DNA from: a virus
DNA: 64,000 bases
IMG/VR virus record: IMGVR_UViG_3300032242_000488
Coordinates: 32,001 to 96,000 of that record
Direction: 5' to 3' (one strand)
The notes under the pieces are model-generated. The model did not search any database. It was not told the origin of the DNA and saw only the letters and a list, made by a program, of their open reading frames with translations. This document shows, in pieces, positions 1 to 10,700 of the stretch. The stretch's first letter is position 1. Each line of letters starts with the position of its first letter. A program made the position numbers and the translations under genes.

Positions 1-63
1 TGCCTCCACAATCAAGTAAAAACAGATTTATCATTGCCGCTGATATGGTATTTTAAGGAACAT

Positions 64-369
64 ATGACAAATATAACAGATGTAGTAGACTTTAACGAAA
101 CATGGTACTCAACAGCTACCGAAGAAGAACGTAAAACATTTCGTGAATGGCTACTAGGCGTACTCAATCAGCACGAGACCGTAACCGTTACCTTTAAGAA
201 AGTGGACGGAACTATTCGTGAAATGAAGTGTACGCTCAAAGAAGGTGTTCGGCCAGAAGTAAAAGATCCAAAAACTTCGGACACATTATGCACAGTTTGG
301 GCAACGGATGTCACTGCTTGGCGCAGTTTCAAGTTCGAAAACATTACCAAAATCGACTTTAGCCTCTAA
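64..369 (+). CDS. Small SH3-like beta-barrel (WYL_2/DUF2693-like) phage protein
   Basis: VTVTFKKVDGTIREMKCTL...WRSFKFENI pattern typical of this T4-like family. Start moved to ATG 64, which follows an AAGGA SD. Confidence 0.65.
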   Translation: MTNITDVVDFNETWYSTATEEERKTFREWLLGVLNQHETVTVTFKKVDGTIREMKCTLKEGVRPEVKDPKTSDTLCTVWATDVTAWRSFKFENITKIDFSL

Positions 370-386
370 GTCTAGCCCAAAATAGG

Positions 387-415
387 TTGACAAAGCGGCC
401 GTTTGACTATATAAT
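387..415 (+). promoter_or_regulatory. sigma70-type early promoter
   Basis: TTGACA (387-392), 17 bp spacer, TATAAT (410-415); perfect consensus upstream of ORF 447. Confidence 0.85.
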
Positions 416-446
416 ATGTTTATTGTTTAGTTAACTAGGAGCAAAA

Positions 447-1652
447 ATGGCAACAAAGACAGCAACAAAAACTCGTGTAACCAAAAAGCAAGTTACAGCC
501 CACCGTACTCGTGCAGTTAAAGACCACAGTCCTGTTTGGGAAGGTTGCGAAACTTGGGATGACAATACATTCCACCGTCACTTTAAACGCTCAATGGATT
601 ACTATCGCCTAGAATCCGAAATTAAAACTTACAAGCCAACAGTGGTCAAATGGATGGAAACTGTAGGTTGTACCAAAGATGATATTGCGGCTTTCAAGAA
701 AGTCAAAGACAATCGTATCAATACCACAATGGGTGCTGTTGCCGCTTGTTTGAATCGTGGCATGACTCCACAGCGTCCTGGTTTCAATAACGGCCGAGAT
801 ACAGCCGCTTGGTTACGTGCTGAGATTGTTAAGGTACTTGCAGAAGGCAAGGACGACGTTGATCCAGAAACACTAGCCGCTGAGAAAGAAGCCGCTAAGG
901 CCCAAGTCTATACTCCTTCAATCCAAGAACGTCTACGTGAAGTTGCACTTGGCATGACTGATGAGATTGAAAAGGCCTATGAGTCTTTTAGTATGGATCC
1001 AGAAAACTTTGATCCAAAAGCATTTAAGGTTCTTAACTTATTGAAGAGTCAGCAGGCAAAGGCCGCACATGCTCGCGTCATTCGCGACTTTTATGCTCAA
1101 GACCTAGCAGAGTTAGAAGAACTTGCCAGTGGCAAAGCAGACGAACAGTTACGTGAAGGTTACTCACACCGTAGCAAAAAGCAAATTAAGGCATTCATTG
1201 CGTTTTTAACTGAAGTGCAAAATGCCTGCACAATGCTCATGCAAGAAGCCAAAGTTAACCGGGCGCCACGTGCTAAGAAGGCGGTTCCTGCAGAAAAGAT
1301 TGTTGGCAAACTCAAATACATGAAGACTAACGAGCCGTTGAAGTTGGTTAGTATTAACCCTGCAGATATTCTGGGTGCAAAAGAGCTGTGGGTTTACAAT
1401 ACCAAGAACCGCAAGTTGGGTCGTTATGTGGCCAAAGAGTACGGCGACCTTGGTGTAAAAGGTGCTAGTATTATTAACTTTGATGAAAATCTCAGCATAC
1501 AAAAGACTGTACGCAAACCAGAAGAAAAACTCAAAGAGTTTAAAGCCGCTGGTAAGGTTGCATTGCGTAAGTTCTTAGACGAGATTAATGCTACAGATAC
1601 CAAGTTAAACGGTCGTCTTAACGAAGAAACACTACTGCTCAAAGTACAGTAA
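447..1652 (+). CDS. Conserved hypothetical protein of T4-like phages (401 aa)
   Basis: Long ORF with AGGAG SD. C-terminal LVSINPADILGAKELWVYNTKNRKLG...LNGRLNEETLLLKV domain recalled from large myoviruses; function unknown. Confidence 0.6.
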   Translation: MATKTATKTRVTKKQVTAHRTRAVKDHSPVWEGCETWDDNTFHRHFKRSMDYYRLESEIKTYKPTVVKWMETVGCTKDDIAAFKKVKDNRINTTMGAVAACLNRGMTPQRPGFNNGRDTAAWLRAEIVKVLAEGKDDVDPETLAAEKEAAKAQVYTPSIQERLREVALGMTDEIEKAYESFSMDPENFDPKAFKVLNLLKSQQAKAAHARVIRDFYAQDLAELEELASGKADEQLREGYSHRSKKQIKAFIAFLTEVQNACTMLMQEAKVNRAPRAKKAVPAEKIVGKLKYMKTNEPLKLVSINPADILGAKELWVYNTKNRKLGRYVAKEYGDLGVKGASIINFDENLSIQKTVRKPEEKLKEFKAAGKVALRKFLDEINATDTKLNGRLNEETLLLKVQ

Positions 1653-1691
1653 GAGCTGTTTATGTGTTACTAAACCAACTTTACAGGCATA

Positions 1692-1699
1692 GATAAATA
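1692..1699 (+). promoter_or_regulatory. T4-late-like promoter box GATAAATA
   Basis: One of at least 12 intergenic NNTAAATA boxes upstream of structural genes; resembles the T4 gp55 late promoter TATAAATA. Confidence 0.75.
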
Positions 1700-1719
1700 C
1701 TCTAAAGTGGAGTATTTCT

Positions 1720-4700
1720 ATGTCTGTGATTAGTGCTGACGCATTTAGAAGAATTGTTTTAGTTGATAACCTTGGTACGACCCAACCCGCCTTAAGAGCA
1801 GATGACCGCAGTGACACATTAACAATTCGTGCTGGTCAGGGTATCACTATTCTAAAGGACGAAGGTGACGTAAACGCAGGATTTACCATCTACAATACAG
1901 GCGATCCGGGCCCTACAAGTTTTGACGATATACTAGAAGTTGCAACAATCGGTCAACGTCCGCAACCGCCCGGTGTAAGTTGGAAGGCAGTAGAAGTTGG
2001 TAAGTTAACTGTACAGGATTACTTACCAGATAATATAACAAAAACTACACGTATGGTCTATTCAGGCCACGGGTTACAAGCACCTACTAATACTAATATC
2101 TCCCTAAAGGTTACCGGCAGTGGCATAATCATTGTAGACGGAACTACCGCACTACAGTTACCTATTGGAGATACTGCTAGTCGTCCGGGAACAACAATTG
2201 GAACAGTTCAAGCAGGACAAATCCGCTTTAACTCTGAAATACCAAGATTTGAAGGCTATGATGGTCGTGGATGGAACACACTTGGCGGTGTAAGCTCTAT
2301 CGATGGTGGCACAACTATTGCTCCAGATCCTACATTACCTATATTAAACTTTAATGCTAATGGCTACCTAGTAGCCACAATGAGCAGTTTAAATACAAAA
2401 ATCTTTAGTCCAGGGCTGGTAATCCCAACTGGTACTACTGCTGAACGCCCGCCTGCTCTTGTTGGACAAATTCGTTTCAATACTCAAAATACTCAGTTTG
2501 AAGGATACAATGGCAGTGGTTGGTCAAGTCTAGGCGGTGTTCGAGACATTGCTGGCAATACTTATATTATTCCAGAACTTGGTCCAGGTACACACGAGAA
2601 CACACTATATTTTGTAACCAATGCTAACCTAGCTCTTACCTTAGATGGCAGTAGACTATCACTACAAAACGGTCGTGCTCTTACATTTAGAGAAGGCATT
2701 GCCAGCGGTAATCAAACAGCAACTATTTCTCCGCCTGATAACATTACATCGAGTTATAATCTTAAATTGCCTACTAGTTTAGGACCTGCTGGTAGTGTTC
2801 TAAGTGTAGACGGAACTGGTCAATTGGCATTTGTTAATTCCGATTCAGGCGCGGGCAGTAAGATCAACGTATCAGATATCTATGGCGATGATGGCAATGA
2901 CGGATTTAGTCGTCCGGTTAGAACACTAAAACGTGCGTTACAAATAGCATCCGGTTATGTTTATAGCCCGACATTTATCTATGAAGAAGCAGTATGCCGA
3001 CGTGATGCTGGACTTATTATTGACAGCCTAGGCTGGGATCTAGTTACTGGATCAAACTGGAGATCACAAAAAAGTGGTCTTACATATTATAATGCTACAG
3101 CATCAACTGTGGTTACTAGTCAGAAAGCTCAAACAATACAGGCGGTATCTTTCTTAAAAAGAAAAGTATTAGATCTTACAACAGCCAATCTGACAGCAAC
3201 AACTACTCTTACCAGTCGTGCAAATGAAATCATTGCTATATTAACTAACGGTGTTGGTGCAGCCAGTGCAGTATCGATGCCTACACCAGCAGGAACTGCT
3301 AGCGGCATTTCAAACGCCAAAGACTTGTTGTTGGCCAATAGAGACTTTTTAGTAGCAGAAACTATTGCATGGATCAACTATCAAGCGGCAAACAATATTT
3401 TACCATTTGATAAAAGTATCATCTATGATCAAACCAAATGTCGTAGAGATACCGGATTAATTTTAGATGCTGTTGGATTTGATATTGCTCTAGGCACAAA
3501 CTATAATGCTGTAACTACCGGATTAGCATATCAAAGATATTCTTATGCAACATTACCAGCACAAAAAACAGTAACTCTTTCTGCTATAAATTATGCTAAA
3601 TCAAGTGTACTAGCACTAGCAGGTGTAAGTGCAGACACTACTGCCACAAGTCGTGCGGGTGCGGCATTTAATGAGATCATTGACATAATAACCAATGGGG
3701 TTGTCAATACCTCAACTAGTGCCGATACGCTGATATTCCCAACACCAACTGGAGCAAGTCCAAATAAAACACACGCAAAAGATCAACTAGTAGCTAATAA
3801 GGATTTTCTAAAGGCTGAAATCATTGCCTGGTTAAACTTAAATTATCCATCAGTTGCTGTTGATCCTACATCGTTTAGTAGAGACACTGGCCTTATTATT
3901 GATGCATTATGTTATGATATACTGTACGATGGAAATAGTGCAAGTATTACAGTTGCACAATCATATTTTTTAACTAATGGATCTCAAGTAATTCCTCTAT
4001 ATCAAAGAGCTGCCACTGTTGCTGCCTTTAATAGACTAACTGAAATAGCACAACAAGTTATTATTAAAGATGCCGTTCAAGTTACCGCCGGTAATACTGT
4101 TAGTCAAGACATTAGTAATCTTGCAGGATCATCAACAGAAACAGGTGCTGTTGCTACATTAATTTCATATATTACCAGTTGCATTACAGCCAATACCACT
4201 GCTGGACTACCATCAGTAACATTACCGTCAGTAACATGGGCCGCATCGGCATTACAAACAGCTAAGACTAGTATTGCATCTGCTCGATCGACTATTGTCG
4301 AAGGTACTATCAGTTATATTAATTCTAGTAATCCATTTACTTACAACAGTGACAAGTGTGCTAGAGATACTGCGTTTATTGTTAACTCAGTAACTTACGA
4401 TTTGATCTATGGTGGTAATAGTCAAAGTTTAGATGCTGGATTAAAATACTATAGTAGCGTAACTGGGTTGACGCTGATTGGTTCTCAGAATGTTCAAACC
4501 GCGGCTGCATTAGAAAGACTACGCACAGTATCAATACAGATTGCACAAAATATTGCTGTTACTAAGACATCAGGTAATACGCAAAATCAAGTAACAGGAT
4601 CTGCAGGTAGTAGTGCGGCAGCGGCCATTGTTTCAGCTAGATTATCAGAGATTATTGCTGTAGTAGGAAGTGGAGTAAGTTATGCTCCTGCATTACAAGA

Positions 4701-7700
4701 TCCAACACTTACAATTGATCCGACACTAGGTGCTATTCAAACAACGATTACAAACTCTAAAGATCGTATTGCTGACAACGTTGTTGCCTACACAAGTAAT
4801 TATAAACCAAACGGCAAGAAGATTGTTATACAAGTGTCTGCCGGTAACTATGTTGAAGACAATCCAGTTATTATTCCGGACAACACAACAGTTAAAGGTG
4901 CAAGTCTTCGTGCATGTGATATCCGTCCATTAAACGCTAACCAGGACATGTTCCGTTTACGTAACGGTTCATACTTTGGCGAATTCACATTCCGAGATGC
5001 TGTTGACGATAGAGGTGTTCCAGTATACACATTTGACTACTCTATAGCCTTTGACGATGCTACAGATATCAACACTGATCGTTTAGGCTATATTAACATG
5101 CCGATCAGCAAGCCAATTATCTCAGTATCGCCATATATTCAAAACGTTTCCATCTTATCATTCTTAGGCGGTAATGGTGTTAAGGTCGACGGTAATCTAG
5201 TCGAAACACCTAACATTCCTATTATTAGAGAAACTGCCGAATACCCATTAAGTGGTCCTGCACCTGAACAAGGTAAGTCAATGGTTGCTAACGCATTTAC
5301 CACATTGAGCTTTGGTGGTACAGGTTGGCGTGTTATCAACGATGCGTATGCTCAGATCGTATCGTGCTTCCAGATTTTCATGTTGAACGGTTCGTATGCA
5401 CAGTCAGGTGGATACTTGTCTATTACCAACTCTGCTACCAACTTTGGTGTGTATGCGCTTCGTGCGTCTGGTTACAGTCCAAATGCCTTTGCCTTTGACA
5501 AGGGATATATTGCCAGCACCGGTACTAGCAACAGCAAACAAACACTTACTACCTTAGGATTCGGCCGTCAGCCAACACAAGATTATGTTATCCGAGTTAG
5601 AAGTCCCAACTACAAAATTGCCTATGACTTGTTATTGGCCAGCAAATTGTCAATACAAAATGCAACTATTTCCTGGATCAATTCACATTACCCAAGTTTA
5701 GTCTACAACAATTCAACTTGTTTTAGAGACGTTGGTTTGATTATTGATGCTGTGGCATTCGATACATTTACAGGTGGTAACAGTAGAAGTGTTGAGGCAA
5801 CTACCAGCTACTACAAAGGTTCTACATCAAGTCAAATAGTCATTACGGGGCAGTTAACAGAAACTATTGCGGCTATTAACTATGCTAGGGGACTTGCACT
5901 AACTGCTGTTTCTAATACTGGATTAGGCTCATATGTTGGCACTAAATTTGATATTATCACTGCTGGTCTTGCTGATCCTGCAGGAGTGCCAACATCAGTT
6001 GCGTATAGTAGTGTAGGAGATATAACCAACAGTTATAAACCAGCATCAGTTACCGTGTCATTTGATGCGGCAACTAATGTAAACCCAACACTTGATACTA
6101 TCACCGTTATTGCTCATGGCTTCACTAATGGACAGGGTATTGTCTACAACTCAAATGGCAATACAGACCTTCCTGGATTAAACAATGAGCAGACCTATTA
6201 TGTCAGCTATGTTGATCAAGATAGTTTTAGATTAACATTTGATGATAGCGGTAGTGTTTCAGTAAACATTAGAGCAACAGGTACCGGCACACACGTATTC
6301 TTTAAAAATATTCAAGAATTTTATGTAGATGAAATTTTAGACAGTCACCATACATATCAGCAGTTGACTTTACAAGCAGGATCATACAACTTTGTACCGG
6401 GAAGTTCAATTACTGGTGTCACCGGGACTAGTACTAATAATGCCTTTGTCTACAGCTATGATCCAATCGGATATAAACTAATTATTAGTTTGAACAAAGT
6501 TACTGTAGGCGCTAGTGTTATTCGTAATGCCTTTGCCGCTAATAGTACCATTGACTCGGATAACGGAGCGCCGGCCACTCATAATATTGTAGTCAGCGAT
6601 GTCAGCGCAATCAACAACTTATATTCTGCAACATTCAGTATTCAGGGCACCACTGGCAACGGACAGTTGACCAATTTAAATACCTTAGCCAATAAACAAA
6701 TTTGGTTACATCGTCCTAGTATTGTTAACAGTTCTGGACACACTTGGGAATATGCCGGATCGGGTATTGACTATAATGCCTTGCCACAAAACGGTGGGCA
6801 GAGCATTTACAAGTATGAGCAATATTCAGACTTACCAGGCCGAGTTTACTCTTCAGGTACTAACGAACTAGGCGACTTTAAAGTCGGTGACTTCATTAAA
6901 GCTGAAAACAAAACTGGTAACGTTAGCTTTACCAACAAGGTGTCAGTTGCACAGCTAGATGCCCTACGTCTAGCTGTGGGTAATATTGTTATTGACTTTA
7001 TCAGTGATGACGTTGGCCTAGGCGATAATGAACCAGGTGGTGCAAGTAACAGTCGACTAACTACACAGTTGGCCATACGCACATTCTTGTCAAACAGACT
7101 AGGCGGATTTATTGACAAGGCTGTAAGTACTAACGCTGTTCCGGGTGCGGTTATTCAGCTAAACAGTTCTGGTCAGATTAATCCAGACTTACTACCTGCG
7201 GTACGTGCGTTTAACTCAGCTAAGAGCAAGGGATTCTATAGTCGCTTGTCACTAGTTGAAGAAGTACCTGCATACGATTTCTTAAACGGTGACATTGTAA
7301 CAGAAGAATACTCAACTGTTCAATTGACTCTTAGTGCAAATATTACAGCACTGCAAGGTGCAACAGTTACACAAGCAGTCACAGGAGTCTCTGCCTATTT
7401 GATCAGTGACATTATTGCATCAAATGTTATTACTGTTGCAAGTCCGACTGCTAATTTTAGTGCTAATTTTAATACCGTTAACAACTTGACCATCGCCGGT
7501 AATGCAACTCCGGGTGTTGGCGGTGTTGCTGTCCGTCCTACATTAGTAGGAACTGTTGCTAGCAACGTGCCAGCAAACTATGTTCTATCAAATGCCAACG
7601 AAGGACAGTATTTAAAATTAGTTGCTACAGGCTCTTATAGTTTTACTAACGGTGCCATTATAACTAGTGCCAATGATAATATTCAAGGAACAGTAACTTC

Positions 7701-10700
7701 AACTCGCTATGGTGTAATAGCCACAGTTGACAATGCAAGTATCACTCCAGGAAGTGGATATACTCCATTATCAGGAACTGTAACATATAGTCTAGTTCCA
7801 TTAACAAATATTACCAGCAGTGGTAGCGGTGCTACTGCTGATATCACTGTTACCAACGGTGTAGTTACTAGTGTTGACGTTCGTCGTGGTGGTCTTAGCT
7901 ATGCAGTAGGTGATGTGTTGTCTGCATCAACTCCTAGCTTAGGAGGTACAGGTAGTGGATTCCGTATTCCGGTTACCACTATTGAAAAACGTGTCTATGT
8001 AAGTCTACTAGGTGGCGAGCGTTTTACAGCTACTCTAGCAAGTCCAAACTTTATTGCAGATAACAATGCGCCAGTAAAAGCCATTACTGCTAGTGGTACT
8101 ATTACAAAATCATTTAATGCTCAGTCAACTGGGCTAGGCGGAAACGTTGATTATACCAGTAGTAGAATTACTATTACCACTCACGGGTTTTCAGACGGAG
8201 ATCCAGTTAAGTATGTAAGCAGTCCAAACACTGCCATTGATCCACTAGTTAATGCTACTATCTATTATGCTAAGAGATACGATGCTAATACTATTGAACT
8301 TTACAAAGACTACTCACTAATACAAAAAGTCATATTTACTGGCTCAAGTACTGGTACACATACATTAACTATTTTTAATGTTAACATACTAGACGATTCT
8401 TTCTACTATGCCGGTCATGGGTTAGTCACTGGTGATCCAGTAAGACTTACAGGATCTAGTTTGCCAGTATCAAATGGAACTGCTATTGTAACTGGTACAT
8501 TCTTCTTTGTCGGATCAGTTACTACTAACTCATTTACTATCCATGCCGCACGTAGTGAAGCATTGTCGAGTATTAACGGCTTGTTTACCAACAAGATTCC
8601 ATTAGATACGACAGGTAGTGGAACACTATCATTTACCAAACAAAACGTACAAGTGTACGGAACAACTAATACTAGCTCAACCAATCCAGCTAACTGGAGT
8701 CCGTTGAGTGCTACAACTATTGATGCTTCTAGTATTACTGGTGGTGTTATCTCTACAAGTCGACTAGCAGGTTCAGGTAGTGCTAACAACTCAACATATC
8801 TACGTGGCGATAGTCAATGGCATACTGCTGTTCAAAGTATATTTGAAGATGGAACACCGATCACACTAACTGGTTCATATACTACAACTAATAGTAAAAA
8901 CTACTATTATGGCGATGTACAAATTGACATTGAGAAAGTTGACAATATCAGTGGTGATGATAATTATACCAATTTGGGTGTAGCTAAATTCCGTAAGACA
9001 CAATTTGCTGTAGGAACTAGTATTTCAGCAGGTGAAGTTTATATTAAAGACGGTGTAGTTGATGCTGGCACGCTAGACAGCCTAGACAGTAGCTATTTCT
9101 TAAATCCTGCCAACTTGACCAGTAACGTGCCTGTTACACGTGGTGGTACTAATATAGGCTCATATGGTGTAGGTGACATACTGTACGCTTCTGCTACTAG
9201 TATTTTAAGTAAGGTACCTATTGGTCCTTCTAATACTATTCTAACCAGTGACGGTACAAAACCTAGTTGGCAGTCTAGCCTAACAGTAGATGGTGCGCTG
9301 ACAATTGGCAGTACTGCTGATCAAGCTCTTATTGTTACTACAGGTGGAGCACAAATTGGTGGCAATATATGGATTGGTAAGAACGCATACTTAACAGGTG
9401 ATCTAAATGTCACAGGCAATGTAAACATCAAAGGATCAATTCTAACCATTAACTCAACCACAGTTAACGTCGATGATAAGAACATTGAGTTGGGTAGCGT
9501 ATCGACTATAATGGGTCTAAGCGGAACTATCAGTGGAAATACTGTAGCAGGACTATTAGATACTACTGGATTAGTCAGCGGAATGAAATTGGTTAAAACC
9601 ACAGGTGCTGGAGCATTTGGTGGTGATACAGTTATCAATACTGTTGTCAATCCAACGACAATTACTATAATACCAACAACTACCAACACCAACGGTGTTA
9701 TTACATTTGATGTATTGGCCGCAACCAATGCTACGGCAGACGGTGGTGGCATTACACTAAAAGGTACAACTGACAAGACATTCAATTGGGTCAACTCAAC
9801 TAGTGCTTGGACTAGCTCCGAGCATATGAATCTTGCTTCTAGTAAGGAATATCGAATTGGTAATGTAGCAGTATTAACAAGTACAAAGGTATTAGGAAAA
9901 CTACCAGGTGGAACTTCATCTGGCGATCTAGTTGATATCGATAGCGCACAGACATTAACCAATAAGACTTTAACTAATCCGATAATTAGCGGAACCAACA
10001 CAAGTATTACTAGCATCGGTACATTGGCTATTCGAGATGCTAGTGCGGCCTATGATGTTACTCTAGCAGCCAATAGTTCAACTGCACTGACCGCAGGTCG
10101 CACACTAACATTTGATATGGTCAACGCGGCCAGAACAATCAAGTTGGGCGGCAATTTAACTCTAGCCAATAACTTTACCACTGTCGGTAATGCCATAACG
10201 CTAAATGTCAGCGGAGCAACTAGCGTCACAGTACCAACTACAGGTACACTGGCTACACTAGATGGCGCAGAAACATTTACCAACAAGACACTAACAAGTC
10301 CGGTAATTGGAACTATTGTTAACACTGGTACACTAACACTGCCAACTAGCACAGATACTATTGTTGGTCGTGCTACTACTGATACATTGTCTAATAAGAC
10401 ATTAACATTACCTAAGATCAATAATACTGATGCATCGTTTACCTATAACTTTGCTGTCGGTGCTATTAATGCTAACCGTACAATTACATTACCGGTGCTA
10501 ACAGGTAATGATACATTTGCATTTACCGGCCAAGCTCAAACATTTACCAACAAGACATTTACGGATGCAAGTACCTACTTCCAAGACGAAGGTGACACTA
10601 CTAAGAAGTTACAATTCCAATTAAGCGGAATTACTAGTGGTGTTACTCGTACAATGACTATTCCTGATGTCAACGGAACTATAGTAACAACTGGTGATAC